64,000 nt of DNA from Eledone cirrhosa (taxonomy: Eukaryota), in contig CAXHJY010001687.1 in assembly GCA_964016885.1 (NCBI GenBank), forward strand, positions 1 to 64,000, in the 5' to 3' direction. Both the position numbers and the translations under genes were made by a program. Position 1 is the stretch's first letter; the number at the start of each line of letters is the position of its first letter. The notes beneath the pieces are model-generated. The model was not told where the DNA came from. It ran no database searches and worked only from the letters and a program-made list of their open reading frames with translations. Positions 13,291 through 32,097 of the stretch are shown here, piece by piece.

Positions 13291-13573
13291 GCCAGCTTAA
13301 ACCTCTTCAAATGGAAGTCGGTGTTATAACGGTATGTCGAATCTATTTATCTATAAAACTGTTTATATTGTATTTTGTCTGAGGAAAGCATAGCATAGCA
13401 TATTGTTAATATGATATCCCCGAAATATATATAATGAAATAAATATGGTTTTATAAATATAGTTTCCATTTATTTAATATTGTAAATATACTCCAAATAT
13501 TTGTCGAGTGCTTTTATATCAGTTATAAATATTTACTAGTTGTAACCCAACAATTTTAAATATAACTTTCCAT
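13291..13573 (+). mobile_element. ~280-bp non-coding element carrying a hammerhead fold (Penelope pLTR/retrozyme-like, family 1)
   Basis: Near-identical to 16158-16432; TA-flanked on both sides; contains the hammerhead at 13371-13441. Confidence 0.75.
13371..13441 (+). ncRNA. Type I hammerhead ribozyme fold (helix II partly decayed)
   Basis: tattttgt-CTGAGGA-helix II-GAAA-TATATA-TA-atgaaata; helix I is 8 bp including 2 G-U pairs. Confidence 0.6.
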
Positions 13574-13628
13574 ATATATGTATATATATATATATATATA
13601 TACATATATGTATATATATATATATATG

Positions 13629-13736
<108 letters not shown>

Positions 13737-13740
13737 CATA

Positions 13741-13996
13741 TGTTGATTCAAAACTGCACTATTCACAAGTGTTTTTTAACCTTCATATCACGTCTTCCTA
13801 TTTTATCTGATGAAAACACAAATATTATTGCATGATGATATTTGTTTTTGAAATGCGCATAATAAAATACATGGAACTCTTTTAACCATCTTTTGATCTT
13901 ATATATTATGTATACTCCAGTCCTACAAACTGTCGAGTGCTTCTTATCCGATATCTGCATTGCTTTATTGTACTACAACAAAACTCACCTCCTACA
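13741..13996 (+). mobile_element. ~255-bp non-coding hammerhead-bearing element (family 2)
   Basis: TA-flanked island. It shares tatactcca...tgtcgagtgctt...ttgta-caacaa motifs with family 1 and contains the hammerhead at 13799-13869. Confidence 0.7.
13799..13869 (+). ncRNA. Type I hammerhead ribozyme
   Basis: tattttat-CTGATGA-(16-position helix II, 1 mismatch, GCAT loop)-GAAA-TGCGCA-TA-ataaaata. Helix I is a perfect 8 bp and helix III is palindromic. Confidence 0.85.
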
Positions 13997-14025
13997 TATA
14001 TATATATATGTATATATATGTATAT

Positions 14026-14057
<32 letters not shown>

Positions 14058-14082
14058 GTATATATACGTATGTATATATATG

Positions 14083-14135
<53 letters not shown>

Positions 14136-14140
<5 letters not shown>

Positions 14141-15828
14141 GGGCCCAGCTATTGTGATTGACGAATATAGGGTCCAAGAGGCGATTAGGGAAATGAAAAA
14201 TGGTAAGGCTGCCGGACCATCGGGAATAGTTGCTGAGATGCTGAAGGCATCAGGGGACGTAGGCACTAAACTGGTTGCACGCATCATCAATCAGGCTATA
14301 TATGGTGGTGTCATACCCTAAGACTGGTGCAGCAGTATTCTCATAAATTGCTACTAAGGTAAAGGGGATGCTCTGGAGAGGAGCAATTATAGGGGTATAA
14401 AACTAATAGATCAGGTTATGAAAGTGGCAGAAAGGATTTTAGCACAACTAATTAGAGAAAGGGTCAAACTAGATGAGATGCAGTTTAGTTTTGTGCCTGG
14501 GAAGAGTACAACAGATGCCCTCTTGGTGAGACAATTGCAAGAGAGGTTCTTAGAGAAAAATAAGCCACTATACTTAGCCTTTGTTGACCTAGAGAAGGCC
14601 TTTGATAGGGTACCCCGATCTGTCATCTGGTGGTCCCTAAGGAAGCTAGGTGTTGAGGAATGGCTTGTGAGGACAGTGCAAACTTTGTACAGAGGTACTC
14701 TCAGTAAAGTCAGGGTAGGAATGGAGTTTAGTGAGGAATTCCAGATACAAGTAGGAGTACATCAGGGTTTGGTCCTCAGCCCGCTCTTGTTCATTATAGT
14801 CCTCCAAGCCATAACAGAGGAGTTTAAGACTGGCTGTCCATGGGAACTTCTCTATGCTGACGATCTGGTTCTTATAGCAGAATCAGTAGAGGAGCTAGAG
14901 AATAAATTCTGGCTATGGAAACAGCAGTTGGAAGCAAGAGGACTGAGAGTGAACCTAGCTAAGACAAAAGTGTTGATGCGTAGAAAAGAGGACAAAACCC
15001 TGATTCCGTCACGGAAATGGCCATGTTCGATATGCAGAAAAGGAACTGGCATAAATTCTATAAAATGCACACAATGCAGATCCTGGGTACACAAGAGATG
15101 TAGCGGGATAGCAGGCAAACTAACAGGTAGGGAGAAATATGTATGCAGTTGATGTACAGGGAAATTAGGCAATAGAAGTCGCATTGATAGACACATTTTT
15201 CAAATGCAGGAGGGCGCTATAGAAGTGGTGGATAGCTGCCGGTACCTAAGAGATCAGATTAGCATGGGAGGAGGGTGTTCCGAGGCCATAGTATCTAGAA
15301 TAAGGATGGGTTGGAAGAAGTTTAGGGAGCTGCTTCCTCTGTTGACGAAGAAGGGTTTCTCCCTGCATACAAAAGGCCGGTTGTATGATGCCTGTGTGAG
15401 GAGCACGATGCTGCATGGTAGTGAGACATAGGCAGCAACTGCAGAGGATATGCGACGGCTGGAGAGAAATGAGGCAAGCATGCTCCGTTGGATGTGCAGT
15501 GTAATTGTGCGTGAACGATCCAGCATAAATGTGTTGAGAGTGATAGAATGTAGTGTACGGGAGAGGAGACTGAGGTGGTATGGACATGTGATGCGCATGG
15601 AGGATGACCGATGGGTGAAGAAGTGCCAGGAAATGCCAGTTGAAGGAAGACGTGGTAGAGGTAAACCACGAAAAACATGGACGGAGGTGGTGAGAACAGA
15701 CCTCAGATCATTGAAGCTCACGGTGGAGATGACGAAGGACCGTGACGAGTGGAGAGATTCTGTGCTGAATAAGACCCGCCCTACCCTTGCAAGCAGGGAA
15801 AAGCGCACGGAAAATGATGATGATGATG
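14136..15828 (+). mobile_element. RTE subfamily C copy, 5'-truncated at TEGPA, several stops
   Basis: ORFs 14418-15152, 15204-15431 and 15450 onward match the 9293-10933 protein; (GAT)n tail. Confidence 0.93.
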
Positions 15829-15888
15829 TATATATATATATATGTTTATATATATATATGTATGTATATATATATATGTATATATATG

Positions 15889-15919
<31 letters not shown>

Positions 15920-16014
15920 GTATTTATTAAAATAACAGATTAAAGTTTAAGCAAATATATATGTATATATATACAATATTAAATAAATGGAAATTATATT
16001 TATAAAACCATATT

Positions 16015-16080
16015 TATTTCATTATATATATTTCGGGGATATCATATTAACAATATGCTATGCCTTCCTCAGACAAAATA
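16015..16080 (-). ncRNA. Type I hammerhead fold (left palindrome arm)
   Basis: Reverse complement of 16236-16301. Confidence 0.6.
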
Positions 16081-16235
16081 CAATATAAACAGTTTTATAG
16101 ATAAATAGATTCGACATACCGTTATAACACCGACTTGCATTTGAAGAGGTTAAACTGGCAGTTTAACCTCTTCAAATGCAAGTCGGTGTTATAACGGTAT
16201 GTCGAATCTATTTATCTATAAAACTGTTTATATTG

Positions 16236-16301
16236 TATTTTGTCTGAGGAAGGCATAGCATATTGTTAATATGATATCCCCGAAATATATATAATGAAAT
16301 A
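16236..16301 (+). ncRNA. Type I hammerhead fold (right palindrome arm)
   Basis: tattttgt-CTGAGGA-aggcatagcatattgttaatatgatatcccc-GAAA-TATATA-TA-atgaaata. Helix II has three mismatches, including A-C at the closing pair. Confidence 0.6.
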
Positions 16302-16484
16302 AATATGGTTTTATAAATATAGTTTCCATTTATTTAATATTGTAATTATACTCCAAATATTTGTCGAGTGCTTTTATATCAGTTATAAATATTTACTAGT
16401 TGTAACCCAACAATTTTAAATATAACTTTCCATGTATGTATATATATATGTATATATATATGTATATATGTATATATATATATA

Positions 16485-17573
16485 TCATCATCATCATCAT
16501 CATCATTTTACGTCCGCTTTTCCCTGCTTGCAAGGGTGGGACGGGTCTTATTCAGCACAGCATCTCTCCACTCGTCACGGTCCCTCGTCATCTCCACCGT
16601 GAGCTTCAATGATCTGAGGTCTGTTCTCACCACCTCCGCCCATGTTTTTCGTGGTCTACCTCTACCATGTCTTCCTTCAACTGGCATTTCCTGGCACTTA
16701 TTCACCCATCGGTCATCCTCCATGCGCATCACATGTCCATACCACCTCAGTCTCCTCTCCCGTACACTACATTCTATCCCTCTCAGACACAGTTTCTCTC
16801 TCAACACATTTATGCTGTGTCGTTCACACACATTTACACTGCACATCCAACGGAGCATGCTTGCCTCATTTCTCTCCAGCCGTCGCATATCCTCTGCAGT
16901 TGCTGCCCATGTCTCACTACCATGCAGCATCGCGCTCCTCACGCAGGCATCATACAACCGGCCTTTCGTACGCAGGGAGAAACCCTTCTTCGTCAACAGA
17001 GGAAGCAGCTCCCTAAACTTCTTCCAACCCGTCCTTATTCTAGATACTATCGCCTCGAAGCACCCTCCTCCCATGCTAATCTGATCTCCTAGGTACCGGA
17101 AGCTATCCACCACTTCTATAGCGCCCTCTTGCATTTGAAAAATGTGTCTATCAGTGCGACTTCTACTGTCTAATTTCCCTGTACATCTACTGCATACATA
17201 TTTCTCCCTACCTGTTAGTTTGCCTGCTATCCCGCTACATCTCTTGTGTACCCAGGATCTGCATTGTATGCATTTTATAGAATTTATGCCAGTTCCTTTT
17301 CTGCATATCGAACATGGCCATTTTCCTGACGGAATCAGGGTTTTGTCGCAATTTTGTAGCAATTTATGAGAATACTGCTGCACCAGTCTTAGGGTATGAC
17401 ACCACCATATATAGCCTGATTGATGATGCGTGCAACCAGTTTAGTGCCTACGTCCCCTGATGCTTTCAGCATCTCAGCAACTATTCCCGATGGTCCGTCC
17501 GCCTTACCATTTTTCATTTCCCTAATCGCCTCTTGGACCCTATATTCGTCAATCTCAATAGCTGGTCCCTCTG
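16485..17573 (-). mobile_element. RTE subfamily C copy, 5'-truncated at TEGPA, with a large internal RT deletion at ~17347
   Basis: ORF 16508-17383; the sequence jumps from the NCYK region to DKTLIPSG; (GAT)n tail. Confidence 0.93.
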
Positions 17574-21624
<4,051 letters not shown>

Positions 21625-21625
<1 letters not shown>

Positions 21626-21791
21626 ATCATCATCATCATTTTACGTCCGCTTTTCCCTGCTTGCAAGGGTGGGACGGGTCTTATTCAGCACAGCATCTCT
21701 CCACTCGTCACGGTCCCTCGTCATCTCCACCGTGAGCTTCAATGATCTGAGGTCTGTTCTCACCACCTCCGCCCATGTTTTTCGTGGTCTA
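21625..21791 (-). mobile_element. RTE subfamily C 3' stub
   Basis: RPRKTW...[13 protein letters not shown] plus (GAT)n tail. Confidence 0.9.
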
Positions 21792-21959
21792 TGTATATAT
21801 ATATATGTATATATATATATATACATATATGTATATATATATATATATACATATATGTATATGTATATATATATGTGTATATATATATGTATATATATAT
21901 GTATAAAAATGTGTATATATATATGTGTATATATATATGTATGTATATATGTATATATA

Positions 21960-22896
21960 TCATCATCATCATCATTCGTCGACTACTGTCGAGATGATGC
22001 ATCTCACTCTCATGCCCCAGAATTCCCTGTCGCCCATCGCTGCCCCCAGGTCCTGTCTACTGATTCCCGTATCCCTAGAGATAACGTCAGGGAATGACAG
22101 CCTCCTACTCCTAGTCAGGCTGGAGTCAGGGTTCCAGAGCAAGAGAGCGGATATGATTTCATTGCTGGCACAGTGACAGTGGCCAGCAAATTGAGCTCTC
22201 CGGGATTCTAGAAGGGCAGAGGCTCGAGGGAGTTTGCCATAGATTTTAGACAAGGTGGGATGTCGTTTCCAGGATAGGTTTTGCACTCTCACTAAGAGGC
22301 GGGTATATGTGCCTTCCAATCTCCTCTCAAGTTGTGATGTTAGTGTCCAAGTTTCGGATCCATAAAGTAATATGGGCTTAATGGTTGCTTGGAATATTTC
22401 CAGTTTTAGCTTGTTGGTAAGTTGAGATGTCCATATGGTGTGCATGTCATACCATGCCATACCCTTCCATACCCTTCCTGGTTAGAAAATCTTTTTTGGA
22501 GGAGGAGATATATGAGCTAAGATACTTGTAATCTTCCACCTGCTTAAGGGTGGTACCATTTAGGGTTCTGATGGGGTAGCTTGGGCTGTTTGCGCATCTG
22601 TTCACATACTCAGTCTTCGATTCGTTGAGGTACAGTCCAACACAGTTGGACGCTTGCTCTAATGACTTCAAAAGACTCTCAGCATTTTCCAGTGACCAAC
22701 TGATCAATGCGATGTCGTCAGCAAAGTCGGTGTCGGTCAAGTATTTTGCTGGGTAGCGTGAGCTTCTCCTAGGCTGTAGTTGATATCCCCTATCCTGAAT
22801 CCTATCCACAGACATGCGCAAAACATAATCCACAACAATGATAAATAGATACGGAGCATGTAAAATTCCAGCGAGGATTGAGAAAGGTGGTGAAAG
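21960..22896 (-). mobile_element. 3' half of a distinct RTE-like LINE (lineage D, no PHD insert)
   Basis: APYLFIIVVDY, DFADDIAL, LNESKTEY, YKYL, LLYGSETW; (GAT)n tail. Confidence 0.88.
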
Positions 22897-24929
22897 GTGG
22901 TATGTATCCCAGTACAACCTGTCTCATGGTCGGGTCGTCGGCGACTAAACTGGCAACCCCACCAAGGTTTCTTGGTGAGGAGGGTGACTTTGGACATCCT
23001 GCAGGACTAAAAATAAAACCTGTCAAAGGGCAAAGGAACTCCTGGGAGCTCTTGGAGTCAATGGCCACCCAAAACCAGCACGGCCTGCCGAAAGGCGCTG
23101 CAGTGCCTGAAAAGTCAACTTCCTGCTATTAGTATGCTGGTAAGCTAGTACAACGTATCTCCAGACGGATAGAGTGGGTCCGTAGCTTTGGTTAGCGACT
23201 ACTCTAGTGCTTGCAACACGAACAATTAGGGCGAGGGTATAAATGCCAGGTTGGTATCTGGCGCCAGGTAACCCACCACACGGAGGAGAAAGCACCTTCT
23301 TCAAGACTTAGCTGTCAAATTCTTTCACATGTGTGTAGTAGTGGCGCCCACACACATTATTAGCTATTTGAAAGGATGATGGATTTCGCAACTAATTGCA
23401 CCAGGGTTCCTGTTCCTCAGGGAACCACACTATATGGTATACCTGTTGATATAGGTCCAGCCCCTGCTTTCCCGGGTCCTGTTTCTGATCATAATGCACC
23501 TACAAAGGCATCGAATGATGATGAATCCTCAAATCTCAAGGGATGGGGTTCATCTGATGGAGAAGAAACAGGTCCTAACCAAACAACAAGCAAATCTCGC
23601 TTAGTTAGCTGTAAAAAGCAAATAATAGTTAGCTCCTTGAACACCAGAACCCTCCTTCCAACAGGTAGACTCCAGGAGCTGGCAGAGAATGCCAAACTTC
23701 AGAACATTGACATCCTTGCGGTCCAAGAACACCGCTTTTTCCACCCAAAGGATGATCTCAAGTATCACACCCTAGGATCCTACCAACTTGTCACCTCTTC
23801 AGCCACCAAGAACCCTGTCAATGCCTCCGTCGGAGGAGTCGGCTGCCTTCTCTCATCTAAAGCCAGCAATAATCTTCTGGGGATTGAAACAATCTCTCCC
23901 AGAATCTTGGTGCTTACACTAGAGGGCAATCCTAAAACCACTGCGATATGTGTATACAGTCCTCATAACGCCTCTCCTGAGGATGAGGTAAGAGAATTCT
24001 ACACGACCCTTCGCACAGTTGTTGAGCAAGTACCCTTACACAACTTTCTTATCATCGCTGGAGACCTCAATGCTCAACTTGGCCCGGATGAAGTAAAGTT
24101 TACATACAATAGGGTTACTAACCGAAACGGGGAATATCTCAAGGACTTCATGGAAGAATTCAGTCTATTCAGCTCAAACAACAGCTTCATGAAGACCAGA
24201 GGCCAGCTTTGGACCTTCGAATACCCAAACCAAAAACGAGCTCAGATTGACTATTTGATATTTCGCAAGAAATGGAGAAACTCAATCAAAGATTCTAGAT
24301 CTTATTCCTCCTTTAGCGCTGTTGGCTCAGATCATCGAGTAATCTCGGCAACAATCAAACTTAGTCTCAGGATATCCAAGAGGGCCGAATCTCTTCCCAT
24401 GAAAAGAATAGACTGAATAGCTTCACGCTTCAAGTCTATAACAGATTTCAATCTCTCTCAACTTCTGACATCAATGACGATAATATTGAGGATGTGTATA
24501 ACTGTCTTAAGCAATCAACAGAGGAACTTGCACTTGCCACCCTACCTAAAAAGAAAAGCCGAAGCCAAAAGAAACCTAGTGCCTCAGAGAAGGTAGTTGA
24601 GGCAAGGGCCCATCTTAGGTCAATATCCTAATCTCACCATCAATCACCATCTCAAGGGAAAAAGATACAGCTTATCATGGCCAAAAAATCACTAGACGAT
24701 GCTTATCTTAATGCTGAAGCCGCTATATCTCAGGTAGGATTGATCAGCTATCACATCAGCAAACACCATCATCTTGCTTGGAAAGTTGTCAAAGATCTTT
24801 CAGGCAAAAACTCAAACTCTGCAGTTAGAATCAAAGGAGGCTCTGATTTGGAAGGATGAGCATTTCCACATCCTTTTGCTCAACTTATGTAACCATACTT
24901 TCGAGACCAATAAACCACCTAGCGTCTGG
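22897..24929 (+). mobile_element. 5' half (leader + APE endonuclease) of an RTE-like LINE, inverted relative to the adjacent 3' half
   Basis: ORF 23376-24416 has SLNTRTL, AVQEHR, GDLNAQLG, QIDY and GSDHR; preceded by a ~480-nt leader. Confidence 0.88.
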
Positions 24930-25118
24930 TATATATATATATATGTATGAATATATATGTATATATGTATGTATATATGTGTATGTATATATGTATATAT
25001 ATATATGTATGAATATATATGTATATATGTATGTATATATGTATATTTATATGTATGTATATATGTATATATATATGTATGAATATATGTATATATATAT
25101 GTATGAATATATGTATAT

Positions 25119-25242
25119 GTATATAGGAACAAGTAAGACCCCGACAGCTGAGCTCAAGCCGTTTCGACGGCTAATTCTGTACAGAATTAGCCGTCGAAAC
25201 GGCTTGAGCTCAGCCGTCGGGGTCTTACTTGTTCCTATATAC
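25119..25242. repeat. 124-bp spacerless palindrome (1 mismatch)
   Basis: gtatataggaacaagtaagaccccg...ttctgt|acagaa...cggggtcttacttgttcctatatac; centre between 25180 and 25181. Confidence 0.95.
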
Positions 25243-25315
25243 CCACTCTACTACCCTAAGTATTGAGTACTTTGGTGCTTTATGGTCCACCTGGTTCCTT
25301 ACCACATTTCCTTTG

Positions 25316-26290
<975 letters not shown>

Positions 26291-26294
26291 TATG

Positions 26295-26659
26295 TACGTA
26301 TCAGTTTAGCGGACGCTTATTATAGCGCCCGCTTTGTTCGTTTGTAAATAAACTGAACAGCCTGTATTTATGCCGCACGGTGTTAAGGCAACCACGTCAC
26401 CTTTTTGTTCAACACTGGCACAGGAACGATGTACTAGTTTCAAGCTTGTTAGCTATCATCAGCACCGTATACCCATCTGCCAGATAGTTGAACGTTCGAA
26501 AGTATATACTTTCCTTATGAAAATTAACGGCTGAGCAGCCTAATTTGCATATCGAGTGAGTTAAATCGGTCAGGCGCAACGAAAACGATGAGTTGTAAAA
26601 AAAAATGAAAACGAAATTTCATTTCTCACTCTTAGTACGGCACTTACTTAAATGTTAAG

Positions 26660-26660
<1 letters not shown>
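26295..26660 (-). mobile_element. ~360-bp non-coding element with minimal hammerhead and octamer motif (family 3)
   Basis: Homologous blocks to 39675-39912 (tgtaaa-aaac, caggaa...ctagtttc, tcatcagca, tatgaaaat, gcag-ctaatttgcata, gtgagt); TA-flanked. Confidence 0.72.
26426..26468 (-). ncRNA. Minimal type I hammerhead ribozyme
   Basis: Minus strand: acggtg-CTGATGA-tagct aaca agctt-GAAA-CTAG-TA-catcgt. Helix I is 6 bp (1 G-U); GUA cleavage triplet; U-U at the base of helix II. Confidence 0.8.
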
Positions 26661-27212
<552 letters not shown>

Positions 27213-27213
<1 letters not shown>

Positions 27214-27873
27214 TCATCATCATCATCATCAACGTTTAACGTCCGTGTTCCATGCTTGCATGGATTTGGACGGGGGTTTTCCCACTTGAGGCAAGAGTGA
27301 TTGTCTTGCTCGCATAGGACTATCTGGCGGGTTTTCTACAGCTGGATGCTCTTCCTAACACCAACCACATTTACAGTGTGGGGCTGGGAGGTTTTTACTG
27401 TGTTGCCTACACGGCCACATTACAGCGTGGACTGTCTGGCAGGTTTTCTACAGCTGGATGCCCTTCCTAACACCAACCACATTTACAGTGTGGGGCTGGG
27501 AGGTTTTTACCGTGTTGCCTACACGGCCACATTACAGCGTGGACTGTGTCTAAACGATCTCATTTGTTTCGGACTGGATGTTGTGGCACCAACATAACTT
27601 TACATTGAAGGGGCGGTGTGGATGGGGGGGGGGGGGGGTATTTTGTTAGAGATGCCTACTGGCTGTAGTAGGTTTTACTTTGTATTTAGGTAAGGCGGGT
27701 CTTCTCTATTACTGAGTACCAAAGGTCTCGGTCCAGTGACATTGTCTTGGAGAGGTGTAAGTGTGTGAGGTCAGAATTTATCAGCTCGTCCCAGGTTTTT
27801 CTGGGTCTGCCTACTCCGTAGCTACCGTCTAGCTTTATTGGCCTGCACTTTGTTATACAGCTGTCGTCTTTCA
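27213..27873 (-). mobile_element. RTE subfamily B 3' fragment with a tandemly duplicated ~112-bp 3' UTR module
   Basis: ORF 27686-27874; the ggactgtctggc...cattacagcgt module occurs twice (27317-27540). Confidence 0.9.
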
Positions 27874-28958
<1,085 letters not shown>

Positions 28959-28960
<2 letters not shown>

Positions 28961-31331
28961 AACTTTGAATAACTTTGAAATGTTTTGGCCAGTATTGGCC
29001 CAGGCTATGTCTAACTTAATAGCACCACCTGGCGAAGTCTTTCAATTCAGGATTTGGGCACCATGGCCCATTCGAGAAGAGAATTACTGTTTGCGGAGAC
29101 ATATCCGGGTGTGGGTGGTTTGTCCGGGATTACTTGGAGGAATTTGTCCAAAGACTTCTTGAATTTTGTGTGGTCAGTTTCTGTTTTGACGTGTCCTGGT
29201 GTGATGTTGAAGAGAGCAGGGCCGATTGAGGTGAAATAATTGTGCCGTATTGTTGTTATGAGTTGCGATTTAGATTTTTGAATGGGACGGATAGCACGGG
29301 GCCCAAGCCTTGGGTGTATCTTGAAGGCGATGCCAACATCATTTGGGCAGTGATGATGGAACATTTTCCACATCATGCAGATAATATAACGCTCACGGCG
29401 ACGTTGGAGTGAGTAAAGTTTCAGGTTTTCTAATCGACCCCAGTAGTCAAGGTCTGACATGCCATCTATCTTTTTCGTGATTGCCCTTTGAGGAGCTTCA
29501 AGTTTCATGATACTTTGTTTCGTGTGGGGAGACCACAGTGGACAACAGTATTCAAGGTGTGGTCGGGCGAAAGTAGAGAAGAGAAGGATAATGGTGCGGG
29601 AATCTCTCGACTGGAAGGTTCTGAGGATCCAGGAACACATTCTGCGGGCCATGTCAACTTTGCTGCTTATATGCGTGGTCCAGCTTATGTTGCTGTCCAC
29701 GGTTACTCCCAAGTCTCTGATGTTGTTAGATGCCACGAGAGTTTCCCCGGAGGGAAGGGAGTACGGGAGTTTCAGAGCATCCTCTTTTCCAAAGTGGATC
29801 AGTTCGAATTTGTCTTCGTTCAGTAACATGTTGTTCTTTTCTGCCCATTGGGTAACAGCCAGTAGGTCTGACTGAAGGCTTATCCGGTCATCCACGCCAT
29901 TGATGACCTTTTGGAGCTTGGAATCATCAGCGAAAATTTTAATGTTGCTGTGTTTGATGATGTCAGTGATGTCCTTAATATAGATGATGAAGAGAAGTGG
30001 GCCCAACACAGTGCCTTGTGGGACCCCACTACTGACTTTGGCTGGGCTTGATTTGACTCCCTCAACTACAACATGTTGGGTTCTGTTTGACAGGAAGCTC
30101 TTGATCCACTGCAGCAGCTTTCCAGTGACACCAATATTGGACAGCTTTCTCAGTAGAATGTTATGATCAACCCTGTCAAAGGCCTTGCTGAAATCAAGGT
30201 AGATAACATCAGTGTTGGAACCCTCTCCCAAGGCTCTCAAAATGTCATCAAAGTGATGCAGTAGCTGCGTCAGGCAATCCCTTCCATTACGGAATCCATG
30301 CTGGTTGGAGTTCAGCATATTGTTACTCTCAAGGAAGTGGGTCATTCGCGATCTCACCACTCGCTCAAATACCTTAATGATATGAGAGGTGAGTGAGATT
30401 GGACGGTAATTCACGGCAAGGGATTTGTTTCCCTTTTTGAAAACTGGGACAACAGACTGGGATAGAAGGTTTTCTGGCACATATCCAGCATCCAGTGAGT
30501 TCCGCCACAGATTGGCAAGAGGAGATGCAAGTTGGTGTTGACACGCCTTCAAGACACAAGCAGGGAACCTATCGGGACCTACTGCTGAATTATGCTTGAT
30601 TTCCTTTATTGCCGCCAAGACATCAGGGGCGCCAAACGTTATGTCCGATAAGGTGTAATGGGGAGTAACATCGCCGATACAGCCCAGATCGGCCATATCA
30701 GGATTGCTGAAAACAGAGCAGTATTGTTTCTGCAGAATCTCACCCATAGTTTTAGCATTGTCTTGAAGAGTGCCATTTTCATCAATTAGAGGGCCAACAG
30801 TAGAGCCAGTGATTTTGTGTTTTTTTGCAAATGAAAAGAACACTTTGGGATTGAGTTTGATCTTCTCAATGGCCCAGGCCTCTTCAGCTCTTCTCTGATT
30901 GTTGATGAGGGACATTATGTTGTTTTGGAGGTTATGTTTTTTAATCTCTAGTGATGAAATGGCAGTCAAGTTGATGTGTTGCTGCTGACAGTATTTCAGC
31001 TTGTTGATTTTTTTTGTTCGTTCTCTTAATTTTTCTGATGAGCGTTTTTCTATTTCTAGGGATTCTGCTCTTAGATTTGTTTATAGTTCTTAATGGGGTG
31101 TGTTTAGCACATATGTTTGTAACAGTGTCCACAAATGTCTGCCAGGACTTTTTGATGTTAGTGGGTGTATGAGTGTGCGTGAAGGACCAGTCGACATGCA
31201 AGATCATGACTGATCGCTTCCCAGTTTGCATTGTGGAAATCCATAGCGTCAAACGGATGGACAGGAGAGATGACATTGGGTTTGTATATTGGACGGTGGA
31301 ATCTCAGATCACAGAGAACCATGTCATGATC
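28959..31331 (-). mobile_element. CR1-group LINE, 5'-truncated, with an uninterrupted 640-aa RT ORF (29047-30969)
   Basis: NYRPISLTS, YLDFSKAFD, SGVPQGTVLGPLLF, FADDSKL, RPHLEYCCPLWSP, SLQRRRER; 3' end has tandem ttcaaagtta repeats. Confidence 0.92.
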
Positions 31332-31418
<87 letters not shown>

Positions 31419-31458
31419 TATATATATATGTATATATGTATATATGTATGTATATATG

Positions 31459-31489
<31 letters not shown>

Positions 31490-31652
31490 GTATATATATA
31501 TGTATATATATATATATGTATATATATATGTATATATATATGTATATATGTATATATATATATATGTATATATGTATGTATATATATATATATGTATGTA
31601 TGTATATATATATATATGTATGTATATATGTATGTATATATATATATGTATG

Positions 31653-31685
<33 letters not shown>

Positions 31686-31748
31686 GTATGTATATATATA
31701 TATGTATGTATATATGTATGTATATATATATATATGTATGTATATATG

Positions 31749-31787
<39 letters not shown>

Positions 31788-31832
31788 ATATGTATGTATA
31801 TATATATATATATATGTATGTATATATGTATG

Positions 31833-31876
<44 letters not shown>

Positions 31877-32044
31877 TATATGTATGTATATATATATGTA
31901 TATATGTATGTATATATATATATATATGTATATATGTATATATATATATATGTATATATGTATGTATATATGTATATATATATATATATGTATGTATATA
32001 TGTATGTATATATATATGTATATATGTATGTATATATGTATATA

Positions 32045-32096
<52 letters not shown>

Positions 32097-32097
32097 T
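31332..32097. repeat. (TA)n/(TATG)n array
   Basis: Directly visible. Confidence 0.95.

Larger units (their letters stand above)
15972..16344. repeat. 373-bp near-perfect palindrome (186-bp arms, 1-nt centre at 16158) of the family 1 hammerhead element
   Basis: Arms are reverse complements with one visible mismatch (ggaaattata vs tatagtttcc); centre ttaaactg-g-cagtttaa. Confidence 0.95.

Noticed and set aside
22897-23020. Canonical HDV-like or twister ribozyme call for the LINE leader
   Set aside because: Hairpin-CTAA motifs are present, but the L3/P1.1 and twister L4 consensus could not be fitted; kept only as an open finding.
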